From Antedon mediterranea (lineage: Eukaryota > Animalia > Echinodermata): a stretch of DNA of 64,000 nucleotides. The notes beneath the pieces are model-generated. The model worked only from the letters and a program-made list of their open reading frames with translations. It was not told the DNA's origin and ran no database searches. The stretch is from positions 13,328,352-13,392,351 of the forward strand of contig NC_092678.1 in the NCBI RefSeq assembly GCF_964355755.1, read 5' to 3'. This document shows, one piece after another, positions 38,964-53,920 of the stretch (the first letter of the stretch is position 1; every line of letters starts with the position of its first letter). Position numbers and translations under genes: made by a program.

Positions 38964-41900
38964 ATGAATTTACATTGTATAACACTAAACGTTAGAGGAG
39001 CTAGAAATATAAATAAGCAACATAAGCTATTCCAATGGGTAAAAGATCAAAAAGCGGATATATGTCTGCTTCAGGAAACCCATCTAACAAATGAGATTAT
39101 TAATAAATCAAACTTTGTTTGGGAAGGTGAAGCGATCCATAGTATAGGTAATTCACATAGTAGAGGAGTGTCGATACTATTACGAAAAGGTCTTGAATGC
39201 AAAATTGTTAAAAAGTTTACTGATATTGATGGAAGATATATATTTCTTAATTTAATGATAAATGAAAATGAATTGGACATTATAAATATTTATGCTCCTA
39301 ATGAAAGCAAAAATAGAAGTGCATTCTTTAGGACCATACACAAATGTTACAATGACTTTGATGGAGGGAAGGGTAATTCTATCATTCTAGGTGGAGATCT
39401 GAATTGCATCATGAATATTGACATTGACCAAAAAGGTAGCGCAAATAGGTCTGATAAATCTGTTTTTACGATTAAAAACCTAATGAAAAATTTAAATTTA
39501 AATGATATTTGGAGATCCAAAAACATGAATAAGCGACAATTTACGTGGCGTAAGAGATTTTACAACATTTTCCGTAGGCTGGATTACTGGTTAATATCAG
39601 AAGATCTCATTTCAAATGGAGATGTTTTAGCCTGTGACATTCGTCCAGCTATTCTCACAGATCACCAGGCGATATCAATTAAAATAGATTTGCATGAAAA
39701 CAAACGCGGTCCTGGTTTATGGATGTTCAACAATAGCTTTCTGAAAGATGAAACATTTACAAAATTAGTAATTAAAATAATTGGTGTTTCAATACTAAAA
39801 AATAATAGAGAACCTGTAAGTGCAAGTTTGCTATGGGAGCTTGTAAAACAAAAATAAAAGAATTTTCAATTGCATACGGAAAACAAAAGAATAAAAACCA
39901 GAATAAAAGGAAAGAAAAATTACAAAAACAAATAAAAAACTTAAATGAAACAATTATGAATACTCAAAATTGTGATATAACCATTGAAAATATAATTGAA
40001 AACAAAAAAATAGAGCTTGAAAACATTTATAATGTAGAAGCAAAAGGCGCGCAAATTAGGTCCAGAGTAAAATGGATAGAGGAAGGCGAGCGGAATACAA
40101 AATACTTTCTTGGGTTAGAAAGATCCAAAAGTAAAAAGAAACACATAAAAAGTTTAATTACTAAAGATGGGAGCTTAGCAAAGAGCCCAATTGATATTTT
40201 AAAGGAACAAATACAACATTTCGAAGGTTTATACGCAAAAAATGTCATAAACCCTGGAAAAATTAATAAATACCTTTGTAATTCTATTATAAACAAGCTT
40301 TCAGAAATAGAAAAAGAAAATTGTGAAGGTTACGTCACTATTGATGAGTGTAAAAAGGCCATTTCAATGATGGAAAAAAATAAAACACCTGGATCGGATG
40401 GTCTAAGTGTTGAATTTTATGTGTTCTTTTGGAATAATATTAAACATTTAATTTGCGATGCGTTTAAATGAAAGTTATAATTCTCAAGAATTATCCTTTT
40501 CGCAAAAACGAGGTGTAATCACCCTTTTGTTCAAGGATGGAGAAAGAGAAAATTTGAATAATTGGCGTCCCATTACCCTCTTAAACACCGATTACAAAAT
40601 TCTTGCACATGTATTAAGTAACATACTTAAAATGGTTATTAAATCAATAGTAAGTTCAGACCAAAAAGGTTATATAAAAGGCCGTTTCGCTTGTGAAAAC
40701 ATTCGGTTAATAGAAGACCTGCTTTATTATACAGAGTGTAATGATATCGAAGGGGCAATAATTACCGTAGATTTTAAGAAGGCTTTTGACTCTATTAGTA
40801 GAGATTTTATGTTCAATGTTCTAGAAAAGTTTAACTTTGGAATGTTCTTTTGTAACTGGGTAAAAGTATTATACAATAACGTTGAATGTGTCACAGTTAA
40901 CAATGGTTGGGTTTCAAACAATTTCAAAATGGAAAGAGGTATTAGACAAGGTTGTCCTCTATCTGCTCTGTTATTCATTTTAGTGGTTGAAGTCATGGCA
41001 TCTAGAATAAGAAACAAAGATGACTATAAGGGTATTAAACTTCCAAATAATGAAAATAACATAGAAGCTAGAATAAGCCAATTAGCCGATGATACTGTTT
41101 TGTATGTTGGTAATGACAAAAGTATTAAGTCAGCAGTCAGTGTAATTGAACGTTTTTGTGAAGTATCTGGAATGACACTAAATAAAAAAAAACAATGCTT
41201 TTTGGATTGGTAAATGGAAGAACAGAATAGATAGACCTTTAGAATTAAATTGGGTAAAACACCCGATCAAAATTGTAGGCATATATGTAGGGTATAATAC
41301 AGAAGAATGTACCAGAAAAAACTGGGATGTTAAATTAATAGAGCTAGAAAAGACTTTAAAACAATGGAATGCTAGAAATCTCTCAATTTTTGGTAGAATA
41401 ATAATCCTGAAAAGTCTTGCACTATCTAAATTAACATATGCTGCAAATATCACTGATGTTCCAAAATATGTATATACACAAGTTACAAATCTAATATATA
41501 ATTTTATTTGGAACAATAAAAGGGAAAAGATAAAAAGAAAAACTCTAATTGGTGATGTTGAGATGGGAGGCATTAAAATGCCTGATTTTACTCTTCATGT
41601 TAACGCACTCATGTGTGGCTGGTTAAAAAGAATTACGAATGATGATGGTGCTAAATGGAAAAATATTCCAATGTATTATATTAAAAAAAATATGTGATGT
41701 TAATGTTTTACTTAATATGTCATGTTATAACATTATTGATGTTAATTCTGATAAAATTCCACTGTTTTACAAAAATATGATAAAAGCCTACATAAATTAT
41801 AACAGAATCTCTAAAAAAAAACCTGAAACTTATAACGATATAATGAATGAGAAACTGTGGGGAAACCACTACGTTAAACTAAAAAAAAAAATCACTTTTC

Positions 41901-42437
41901 TACAAGCATTGGATTGACAGTGGCATTATCAGTATTAAAGACATTGTTAATAAGAACACTTTTTTAACATCAAACGAAATACTGGTGAAACTACAATGTA
42001 AAACAAACTGGTTAAATGAGTATTTGTGCATTATTAAGGCAATACCAATTCAATGGAAACGTATTATTAAGGAGGTAGATATTTTCAATTGTGATGATAA
42101 TGATGAATTAGTTGGGACCAAGTATGAGATTAATACTACCAAACTAATATACTCATGGTTTGTGAAAGAATATTTCATTATTCCAATGTCACAACTAAAA
42201 TGGGAAGAGTATTTCGATGATAACAACATTGATTGGAAAACTTCTTGGTTACGGAAAGTATGTAAAATGAAAAATAAGAAACTAGCACAATTCAATTATA
42301 AGATGTTACATAGAATACTGCCTACCAACAAACGGCTGTATCAGTGGAAAGTTAAGGAAACACAAACGTGTGACAAATGTGGAGAAATTGAAAATGAAAA
42401 TCATTTGTTTTTTAGTTGTAGATTTATTCAGAAATAA
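38964..42437 (+). pseudogene. Tx1-like ORF2 (APE-RT-zinc finger), several frameshifts
   Basis: ORFs 38964-39857, 39833-40471, 40458-41213 and 41985-42437 are consecutive parts of one ORF2. Confidence 0.92.
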
Positions 42438-45400
42438 CAAACGAATACGCTGAATATTTATATAAATATAATAATAAAAATCAAATATTCATTGTTGGAG
42501 ACTTCAATGGTAGAACAGGATATTTATTGGATTATGTCAACAACGATGTATGCGCAATAGATTGGGATAACGAATTATATATTGAAGATGATGAAGATAA
42601 TGTAAAAATTAGAATTAATGAAGATGACGTCACGAATAATTATGGCATAGATCTTCTCAATTTTTGTAAAGAAACGAATTTAAGAATTGCTAATGGTAGA
42701 ATTAACCCAATGTATAGTAAAAGCTACACGTTCATAGGACAACAAGGCAAAAGCGTAGTCGATTATATATTGACAAAAGCTGATAACTTCAGGTACATAG
42801 CAGATTTGAAAGTAGAAAATAGAATAGAATCTGATCATATGCCAATTACGTTTCAATTAGGCCTACTAACTAAAGATAATATAAAAATAAAAAAATCAAA
42901 TATTGAAAATTGTCCTAATCCTAAACAAACTAAATTCAATTGGTCAGAAACATATACTGAAACATTTAAATTAAGATTACAGCATAATAAAATCGATGAA
43001 CTTAAAAATGAAATAACTAACTTGATTAATGATAACCTAATTGATGAAGCTGTTTCAACTGTAGGTAGATTGTATGAATATGCATGTAAATGAATTATCC
43101 ATAGGAATTCCAACAATAAAACAACTAAAGCTAAAAACACATGGTATGACAATCAATGTCTTGTACTTAAAAACAAAGTTTGAAGAAATTTAAATAGATT
43201 CCGACACAATCGTACACAAACATTGCTTAATGCATACCTGGAAATAAAAAAAGAATATAAAACATTAATAAAAAATAAGAAATACAGCTATATTAAAAGA
43301 CCACGTACAGAATTGATTAGATCATTAGGAGAAAAAAACTCCAAATCATTCTGGATTAAACTAAAACAAACAAAACCAAATTTTCCAAGTAACATATGTA
43401 TTAATACATGGCGCACTCATTTCGAATCCTTATTTCATATTGATGAAAATAGAGATAATCAAAATGTAGAAAGTATCATTAATGATGAACCTGCTGTAAA
43501 TGAAAACGAACCTAACCTAAATAATGACATTACAGTAGATGAGGTAATTCATGCCATCAAATCCCAAAAAACAGGTAAATCACCTGGAATCGATGGATTA
43601 TTACCAGAACTTTTTATACACTCATCTCAAAATATAATCAATCTAATAACAAAATTATATAATATAATTTATAATACAGGACAGTTTCCACAGCAATGGG
43701 CAACCAGCCTTATTGTCCCAATATTTAAAAAAGGTGACAAAGAACAACCATAGAATTATAGAGGAATATCACTTATTCTTGTTTTTGCTAAAATTTTCTT
43801 ACATATTATCAATAAAAGATTACAATTTTGGGCAGAAGATAATAACATTCTACATCAGGAACAAGCCGGTTTTAGAAAGGGGTTTAGAACATCGGATAAT
43901 GTATTTATTCTTAACATAATCATTAATAAATACCTAGGAAAAAACGTGGGAAAGTATATGTTGCTTTCATTGATTTTAAACGAGCTTTTGACTCCGTAGG
44001 ACATCAATATCTTCAAATAAAACTAAAAAATTCAGGAGTAAAAGGAAAAATGTTAAACGTTATTAATTCAATGTACAATAAGTTATCAGCACATGTTAAG
44101 GTCGACGGCAATATTAGTAATTCTTTCAAATGTCTAATAGGTATACAACAGGGTTCGCCACTCTCGTCCTTTTTATTTAATGTTTTTATTAATGATTTGA
44201 GTGAAACATTAAATGAGGAAGGCGACGAGCATAGAATCCAAATATGAAATCTAAAAATTAGTCATTTACTCTATGGAGATGACCTTATGTTATTTGGTGA
44301 TACCGTTTATGGTCTACAATATTATTTAAACAAGTTATCTACCTATTGTACAAGATGGGATGTAACTGTCAATGTTAACAAGAGTAATATTATGGTGTTT
44401 AAGAATGGTGGTAATCTTAACAAATTTGAAAAATGGAATTACAATGGAAATACAGTTGACATTGTCAAATCCTTTAAATATTTAGGAGTTGTTTTCAACT
44501 CAAATGGTAATTGGAATAAAGCCAAAGAATACAATTGTCAACAAGCTAATAAGGCTTTGTTCACATTAAAAGGATTGGTAACTTCCAAGTTAATATTATA
44601 TGGAACCATATATTTGATGTTAAGATTATGCCAATCTTACTTTATGGTAGCGAAATATGGGGTTTAAATGATAACAGTATTAGAGAAAGTTCATCTAAGA
44701 TTCTGTAAATTACATTATAGGAATAGGTAATTCTGCACCAAGTGTTGCAGTGAGAGGAGAATGTGGAAGATTCACTATCCAAATTCAAATTATCATTAAT
44801 ATAATTCGTTATTGGCTTTGAGTAATCCAAATGGATAATGACAAATTTATTAAACAATGTTATGATTTTCAATATAGAAAAGCTCAAAGAAATGAGCAAT
44901 GTTGGGCCAATGACGTAAAACAAATACTATGCATAAATGGATTTGGTAACATATGGTACTCACAACAGGTTAATAATATCTATACTTTTATTTCAAATTT
45001 TAAACAAAGGTTTACAGACATTGAACGACAGAAATTCTACGAAGATACTAGGCTACACTCTAAGCTCCAATATTACAAGCACGTTAAATATAAGTTTGGA
45101 ATTGAAGAATATCTAACAAAAGTAACAAATTACAAACATAGACAAATTATGACTAAGATACGACTAGGAATTTTAGAATTAGAAATTGAAAAAGGAAGAT
45201 GGAATTGTATAAATAGAAATGAAAGATTATGCAAATTATGTGCTTTACAATCAATTGAAGATGAATATCATTTCACTTTAGTTTGTCCATTTTATTCAGA
45301 TATTAGAACTAAATATATGTTTTCCTTTTATACAAACAACCCAACTAAATTAAAATATATTTATCTTATGTCTGCCACAAATACTGATCTTATTGTTAAA

Positions 45401-45537
45401 CTTGGAAAATATTTATTTTTTTTCATTTAAACGTAGAACAGAATTTTTAAACGCACTCAACTGATATTTATTTAATATTGTATTACATTGTATATTATTT
45501 GGGCCAAAGGCCATATATAATAAATGTTTCTTGGATC
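42438..45537 (+). mobile_element. RTE-X-like LINE, 5'-truncated, degenerate
   Basis: IVGDFNGRTG, SVVDY, SDH, KSPGIDG, DFKRAFD, GIQQGSPLS, YGDD, FKYLG and C-terminal LEIEKGRW...ERLCKLC...EDEYHFTLVCPFY; aataaa near 45518. Confidence 0.85.
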
Positions 45538-45697
45538 TCCAAGAAAGAAGAAGAAGTAATAAAGCACTCTTCTTGGTCTACCGGAAATTGCTTAACATCA
45601 TCGCTTGTGAGTTAGGCATACAAGTACATTTATGCAAAGATGAAGCTATCTTGTCTGTGGAACTTGTATAGATGGAAACAATAGATGATGTGAGGGA

Positions 45698-48600
45698 TTT
45701 TATTTCTTTATTCTGATATAAAATCAATAGGATAAATACACAAAAAAGTACCGAGACGGCAAACTTGTTTCCATTGTGGTCCTAAACAAATATAACAGAA
45801 TAAACAAGGAAAACCACAATTACATAAACATAATACACAAACAAATAGCAAATTAAATTTCTCTTAATCTAAGAATTTCACAAAAATAACCTTTTGATCT
45901 CTGTTTAAATAATTGTAATGAAGAGGAGCTTTGAACAAAAAAGGGGAGTGAATTCCATAACTGAATGCTTGTTATTAAGAAAGTTGATCTGTTGTGAGTT
46001 CCTATGACTGGAATTTGGATCGAAATGCTGTCTCTAGCAAATCTTGTATTGTGATTGTGACGTTGTCTCGTCAGGGTAATTGTATCCAGGTAAGTTGGAG
46101 CACTTTTATTAATTATTTTATACATAATACATAGTTTCCTCTCTTGTACTCTTAGGTCAACTGGCAACCAATTTAAGTTTACAAACTCATGTATACCTAT
46201 ATGAGATCGTGGTCCTAGGTTCGAAATGCACCTAATAATTTTGTTTTGAGACGTCTGTAGCCTATTTTTAATATATTTATTTGTACATGAGTACCATACA
46301 CAGCACCCATAGTCATAATGACATTGTGTCAGAGAAGATGCAATTAATTTAAGATCATATTTAGTAATGTATTTTTTATTTCTATTAAGAAATTTAAGTA
46401 TACAATGAATTTTATTGATTACTTTCATACCTGTAGCTGTACCAGTCAGGTTCTGGTCAAGATCAATTCCAAGGTATGTGATTGAAGATTTAGCAGTTAT
46501 GTTTTTATTATTACAGGTAATTTTCATTTCTGACTGTTTTCTACACATGGTTTTTGTACCAAATAAAATTGACTCCGTCTTACCAAAATGAAGGGATAAT
46601 CTATTGTCAGAAAGCCACAGATTCAACGCTTGCAATTCATTACTTAGTCTGTTTTCAATATACTCTCGGTCTTTATTTGTGACCAAAAGGGCTGCATCGT
46701 CTGCATATAGCAACAACTCACAACCAACGGCCGATTTCATGTCGTTGACATATAGCAAAAATAGTAAGGGACCCAGAATAGATCCCTGGGGTACTCCACA
46801 TTTGACGTCAAGAAATGTTGATTTAGTACCTTTTATGTCAACAACCTGGGATCTACCGTGGAGTTATGATTGCATCCATGACAGAGATAGACACGTAAAA
46901 CCCATGGCCTTTAATGTATACAATAATATGTCGTGGTCTACTGTGTCGAACGCCTTTTGAAGGTCAATTATTATCATACCAGTCATTTTTCTTTTATCCC
47001 ATCCATTTCTAACAGAATCCGATAGATGTATTAGACATGTTTCTGTAGAAAATGAAGGTCTAAAACCTGATTGATAGGTATAAAGAAGTGATTGGTCGTT
47101 TAAGTAACTCATTAATTGATTATACAAAATACGTTCTACAATTTTAGACACTGCAGATAGAATAGAAACGGGTCTATAGTTTCCAGCATATAATCGATCT
47201 TTCTTTTTGTAAATAGGCACTACCTTAGCAGATTTCCAATCAGAAGGGATATAACCGGTTGAAATGGATATATTTATAATATGGCTTAGTGGATGTAAGA
47301 TAGCCAGAGCCCCATCTTTGAAAAATCTGGCAGGTAAGGAATCTAAACCCGCACCTTTCTTACTATTTAAGTTGTTTATTATCGTTAGTACGGTTTGTTT
47401 GTTTATTTACTTCTTTAAAGGCAAATACACCTTTTTTATCTGCATAGTAATGTTTAACGTGGTTTTCATTGTAAGTATTAGATGAAGGAGGGAGTTTGTT
47501 GACTAAATTTTCAGGAGTATTAATGAAACAGGAATTTAAATAGTCAGCAATCGAGCTTTTGTCATAAATTATTTTATCTTCACATTTTAGAGCAATGTTT
47601 TCAGATTTATTTTCTGTTCCGGTACCTAAACTTGTTAAAACATTCCATAATTTGTTGGCGTTATTTTTATTTTCATTTAGTTTGTTCAAAAAATAAGATG
47701 ACTTAGCTCTTTTTATTTTATATTTTACAGAATTTCTTAACTTTTTAAAGACAGTAAATATGTTCTCATTATGAGTTCTCTTAAATTTAGCTAAGCATTT
47801 ATCACGTTTAATGATCAGATCTCTAATTTCTGATGTGAACCAGGGTTTGGAACGTTGTTTACTTCTTATTTCTTTTAAAGGAGCAACTTGGTTGATGGCA
47901 TTCATCATTTTTAGTTTGAACCAGTCCCATGCAGTGCAGACATTTGTGCAATTTGTGATATCGGACCAATCTAATTCATTTAATTTAGAAGTAAGTAGTT
48001 CTGATGAGTATGATTTCATAGATCGTATTTTAATCGTCTTATGCCTCTTAATCGGGATTTTAACTATCTTTCTGGTGCAGTAAGTTATAAAATGATCACT
48101 GACACCGTAAGGAATAACTCCGTATTGGAAAATGTTAAGAGGTTCGGATGAGAAAATAAGATCTATGATGGTAGAGGTAGTGCAAGTAATACGTGTTGGG
48201 TCCTTAATAAGTTGGGTGAGATTAAACATATTACAAAATTGGGACACCCATTAAATTTTTACTTAAATTATTAGATGATACATCTACATTAAAGTCACCT
48301 AAAATAATAACTTCTTGACCTTGTAAAATATCTCCACAGATTGTCTCAAGTGAGGTAAAAAACGATCGCTGCTTTTCAGGTCGGTAACAGGTTCCGATTA
48401 GAATAGGTTTGGTTTTAGGTAATAGTATATTTATCCATAAAGATTCAATATCATCGTTTTGGAGATCATCTCTCACGTTGTAGGTGAGATCATTTCGTAT
48501 ATAGAGGCATACGACTCCTCCAACACTATTCGTACATCTATCTTTTCTTTCAATTGAATAATTTTCGATACTTATTTCACTGTTATTTACAGATTTATCC

Positions 48601-49808
48601 AGCCAGGACTCACTAATTGCTATTAAGGATACATCAGTCTTTTTTGCAATAGACCGAATTTCATCGATATTTGGAAGAAGGCTTCTGGTGTTCAGGTGTA
48701 AACAATGGAGACCTTTGCATCTGAAGATTTCAGATAACAATGTATCGGGATCATCACACGAATCGTTTGTAAGAGTTGATGTATCGATATCGCGGTGGTC
48801 ATTTGAAGTATTGTTAACATCAGCGTTGCTAAACGGCAGGTTTCTAAATACACATTCTTGGCATTCATATGCAAATTCTTCCCCTGAATGACATAGATCA
48901 GTATACTTTTTTAACGGGAAGTTTATGCAATTTATGTGCGACCAACGATCACAATTATCACACGATATAGCTCGACTGGTTTTGATTATTCCTTTTGAAC
49001 AAACTATACATGGGCACTTAGGTTTTCTTGCTCCGGTAGGCCCCGGGCATGGATGGACATCGCCAGCTAGCATAAGACCAAAAAACAGAATAAAGCGGTC
49101 GGCTTTCGTTTTAGTTGTTTTTATTTTTTGCTTTGATGTTCGGTTATTGACAGGTGTAAATAATTGAGATACAAATATGCTGTATAACTTACTTTGACCG
49201 TGTTTAAAAGACTTGTTTGGTATACATTTTGTAATAAATGTATTGTAGTTAACATCTCGATGTATGTGTATTTCCGATGAGCTCAGATCGATAAAAATCC
49301 GAATTGATAATGTTGCACCGATGACAAACAGGTACAATAGTAAGTTGTTGGCCATTATGATGCTAGGTCACGGCCGCTCGAGAATTAGGCTTGAGGAGTG
49401 GTATTACAACGAGTGACGTCACTAGCACACTGGCGGGTGATTTGAAGGCGAGTCAGCACACGCAGATACGTATAGTTTTATACTTTAAACCATTTTAGGC
49501 CTCCTTGTCCTCAGTCAATTGATATAAAATCCACAAGTATTGTATCCAGAATGTTAATTCATATAAACCCAAATGTTACCGTCCTTGATTCTTTAAATTC
49601 AAACGTTACCGTCTTTGAATCGTATAGATTCAAACGTCACCGTAGGCTACTTGGTTCGTTTGACAGGCAAATGATCACAATCGACTTTTACAGGACATCA
49701 CAGCACAGTTAAAGTATTTAAAAAACAGTTATTATCATTAAAAATCGTCAACAAACATCAAAAATTGGAAAATAACTGGTAAAATAATCTTGATACGGTC
49801 CTCGACAA
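45698..49808 (-). mobile_element. CR1/L2-group LINE (Crack/Daphne-like), apparently full length, with one PHD-APE-RT ORF now frameshifted
   Basis: ORFs 48231-49355 (2A-like motif, PHD, APE), 47363-48247, 46864-47220 (NYRPVSIL, DLQKAFD) and 45853-46758 (YADD). 3' end GGACCACAATGGAAACAAG...AATAAAGAAATAAAAT. Confidence 0.88.
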
Positions 49809-52800
49809 GATGCACCCCAGAAGATGTTTCGAACTTATCATCACTCGGATCGTCGTCAGCAAGGTATGCTTTCGTTGAGCTGTACAATGATTGTATAATG
49901 TCAATCATAGTAGTAGACTGGTTTAAGTGAAACCTATTACGAACGCTTAGGAAAAGAAGATTACGATTCACATGGTCGAATGCTGCTGTTAAATCAATGA
50001 AGCATGTATAGAGTTTGCAATTTGAGCGATACGCAATTTCCTGGATCTGCTTGATTACATATATAGCATCATTGCACCCTCTGTTGGACCTGAATCCAAA
50101 CTGTGTGCGTAGAAGTTGACTTTCATAAAAGATGGAAAAACGTGAAAGAATGATAACCATAAGTATCTTTGAAAATGTAGACCCAATCGATATTCCTCTA
50201 TACATTGATGGATCAAGTGGGCTGCCTTTTTTTTTCCAAATGGTTGTTAATTTGGACAGTCCCCAATCACTTGGGGATCAATTAACTCTTTATTGAACCA
50301 TAAAAACCGAAACCAACACAAAGGCAATACCCCTGTCAACTGTAACGGAGTACCAACTAAAGACCCCGTCATTATTTCTAAAGCATTTAATGATTTTTTT
50401 TGTCGAAATCGGACCCTCCCTTGCTAACAAAATCCCTCCCAGCAATGTTTCTTTCAAAGAATTTCTTCCTCAACCAAATCCGAAATCAATGTTCTTAACC
50501 CCCGTCCTAGAAGATGATATCATAAGAATTATCTCCTCCTTCGATAACAATAAAGCTCCTGGTACTGATGATTTCCATACTAAAGCCATTAAACATGTTA
50601 TAAACCTTATCTCCCTTCCCTTGTGTCACATTTTTAATCTTGTCCTCTGCAAAGGTGTTTTTCCGAACAGGTTGAAGCTGGCGCGCGTTACCCCTGTTTA
50701 CAAATCTGGCCCCAAATCCAACCTTTCTAACTATCGTCCTATCTCCATCCTGTCAATCTTTTCGAAAGCCTTGGAAAGAATTATCTATGATAGAACATTT
50801 TCATTTATCAGCAAACATAACATCCTCTTCAAGAGACAATATGGCTTTAGAAAAGGACATAACACCTCCATGGCTTTGATCGACCTCACTAACAAAATTA
50901 TTCATGCATTCGAAAATCGTCAATTTGGAATCGGACTTTTCATCGACCTTTCCAAGGCTTTCGACACGATTGATCATAATATTCTTCTTTTTAAATTGTC
51001 TCACTATGGAATCCGAGGACCCACCTTAAACGTTTTCAAAAGCTATCTCACTAACCGCTCCCAATGTACTAAATATTTTAACTCTATTTCTAATTTTTGC
51101 CCTATCACCTGTGGCGTTCCCCAGGGCTCCTTACTTGGCCCGCTTCTGTTCACCTTTTACATTAATGATATCCACCGAACCTCAAACCTGCTAAATTTTT
51201 TTCTATATGCTGATGACACTACAGTTTTTCATGCCAACAAAAATATCCAAACTTTTTTTGACACCTTTAATACCAACGTTATCCCCTTGTCCCAGTACTT
51301 TATTGCCAACAAACTCTCCCTCAATCATAATAAATGTAGTTACATCCTATTCGGAACCCCGCAGTCGACTAGAGGTATTGATGTGTCCCCACTTAAAGTC
51401 GTTATGGATAATCAAGAAATCCCCTCTGTTAAGTATAATAAATTTCTTGGCATTATCATCGACAACTCTCTCTCATGGAAACCCCATATCCAAGAAATTG
51501 AGAACAAAGTGTCTAAGAACCTTGGGATCATTTCTTCCTTCCTCCCAACTAATATTCTCAGGACCCTTTATTGCACACTCATCCTTCTTTATTTGAGCTA
51601 TGGTAACATTGTCTGGGCCAACACTTACCCTTCAAACATCATTAAACTCTCTATCCTACAAAAAAAAAGCTATCAGGACTATATCTGGCGCTCATTCACT
51701 GTCACATTCCTCCCACTTATTCTCCAAACTCAATCTTCTCAAACTCTCGGACATTAACATATCCCAGCAAGGTGTCTTTGTTTTTTTGGCCACTCACTCA
51801 CTTCTCCCTTGCCATCTTAACGACCTTTTCGCTCCTAATAATACGGTTCATAAATATTATACTAGAACAAGAAATAACATATGTATCCCTAACCATAACA
51901 CCAATTATTTTCAACATAGCATTAGATATTCTGGACCTCTATTGTTTTATCAATTTACCGCTATTCATTCAATAATAACATAACAAATTACCTTTTGTCT
52001 CATTACTGATCGATCTGTTTGATATGGTCGTTGTTTCCATGTTCCGTGACTTGCTATCTTTATTAATCAATTGTCATCATATTCGCTAAATGCCATGCAG
52101 CTGTACTTTTTTCTGTTCTTTTTTTATTTTTTATTCCAACTTTTATCTACTGGTTTTATATATATTTTGTATTTCTTTATTGTTTAATTAATTTATTTTC
52201 TTTGTTTATATATTTTTTTTTCTTCTCTTAATTTAAATATTTTGTAAAGGCAATCCCGTCACAAGATTGTAATCTTTTTGGGATTTGCCTTCGTCCATTT
52301 TCTTGTTTTATCACTTGTCATTTTGTTTTTGTTACTTTTGTCTTTTGGACGTGAATAAATGTTCCTTGAATTGAATTGAATTGAATTGAATTGACTTGGT
52401 ACTTCTTTCGTTCTCCAAATTTCCTCAAACAGTCTATGTACATGGTCGACGAATACTGGGTTCTCTGTGGCGACTTGCAACATTTCAGAAGCGACATCTA
52501 TGGTAGCTTTGCGACGTTTTAGATGTCCGATTGCATCAATAATTTCTTTCTTGGACGGAGGTTCATTGTCTATCTCAAATTCTGGTTGTCTCAGGTTGAT
52601 AATATATTCTGGAGGTGTGCTAATTTCATCTGGGATTTTAAGGCTAGATTGGTCTGGATTAAAGTGATCTTTAAAGTGTTCACGTAATCCAGGACATTTT
52701 ATAGGCTTTGGTGCTTTTCTTATAACATCACCATGCTCCTTAGCTTTTCTCCATAAATCAAATATTTTTCTATTTTGGTGGGCTTAATTTAACTTGCTTG

Positions 52801-53920
52801 CTTTTTCATACAAATATTCATTCCGTAGTTCCTTCACCCTTATCTTAATTGCTTTCTGCATAGCCTTGATCTCCTCTTCTTTGTAGGTAACTGTGCTTTT
52901 GTTAATATTCTTTCTTTCTTTTATAAGCTGTTGTAGTCTTTCATCACCATCCCAGGGATGAGAATTTTGGTTTCTTTTTTTCTTCGGGACTTCTTCAACT
53001 GCCTTATTTAGCACTGCCATAAGTGTTGTATAGCGCTCAGTTGATGTAGTGGTTGTTGTCTTTTCAGGAGAAGTAATTTTATTAATTTCTTCTTCTATCT
53101 TTGTTTTAACATTATTTCTTACTTCTCGATCTTTAAGTTTACTCATGTTGGCTCTCTTGCTCTGTTTTTTCTTTTTATGCTTCTTCCACCTGGCTGCTTT
53201 GTTGGCTGGTGTTGTCATATTACTCACAAGGATTCTATGATCCGACGAAAGATAATAGTTGTTATAGACTCTTGTGTCAGTAACATACTTCCTCAACCAG
53301 TGATCACATATGTTGTAATCTAGTATTTTCTTTGTAACACCATCGTTGCTTTGCCAAGTGATCCGATGAACGTTTGGATGGTCAAACCAGGTGTTCAGTA
53401 TGCATAGCTTGAAGTCAGAGCAGTAGTTGATGAGTCTTGTGCCATTGTCGTTACTAATGTCATCTGTGTCTTGAAATCTATGTAGGTTTCCATCAAAGAG
53501 TGATTTCTGGTTGTTATTGTTGATGTTGCGTTAAAGTCTCCCATCAGTAAGAGTTTTGTGTTGTTCTCGACTCTTGTTACTTTGGAGAGTTTTGCATAGA
53601 AAATATCCTTTGATGATTCTGAACCGGATTCCGTAGGAGAGTACGCAGACACAATTCTTAATTTACAATTTTTTATTGTGACGTCTATTGCCATTAGACG
53701 TTCATAAACATAATAAACATTAGACACTTTGATATGGGGTGACTGTTTGATGGCAATAGCAACCCCATACATCTTTTTGATTTTCAGTCCAGTCCAGTAT
53801 ACATTGTAGCCCTCATGTGAGATTGCACCGGTACCAATCCGTCTCACTTCCTGCATACACATGATGTCAAGGTTTGCTGCTTTAATTTGAATGAGGGTTT
53901 CATGTAGTAAGAAGTCATCG
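49809..53920 (-). mobile_element. RTE-clade LINE fragment (APE + RT N-half), interrupted by a + strand LINE
   Basis: MQEVRR, VSAYSPT, GDFNA, SDHR, YRGISIG, QFGFR, FIDLTAAFD; breaks off at SSGV, where the CR1/L2-group element begins. Confidence 0.82.
50275..52393 (+). mobile_element. CR1/L2-group LINE, 5'-truncated, inserted antisense into the RTE element
   Basis: RT ORF 50390-51757 (NYRPISIL, DLSKAFD, GVPQGSLLGPLLF, YADD, KFLG). 3' hairpin ggcaatccc...gggatttgcc and (TTGAA)n tail. TSD acttgg at 50269-50274 and 52394-52399; removal restores RTE KEVPS-DWGLS. Confidence 0.92.

Larger units (their letters stand above)
36030..42437 (+). mobile_element. Tx1/L1-clade LINE, near full length, with a Helitron in ORF1 and a truncated 3' end
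   Basis: ORF1 with LWRIY and CCHC knuckles. ORF2 with APE (TLNVRG, LQETH, NIYAPN, GGDLN, RLDY, TDH), WIEEGERNTKYF, RT (NWRPITLLNTDYK, DFKKAFD, GIRQGCPLS, LADD) and a C-terminal CxxC...HLFFSC. 5' boundary approximate. Confidence 0.92.
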
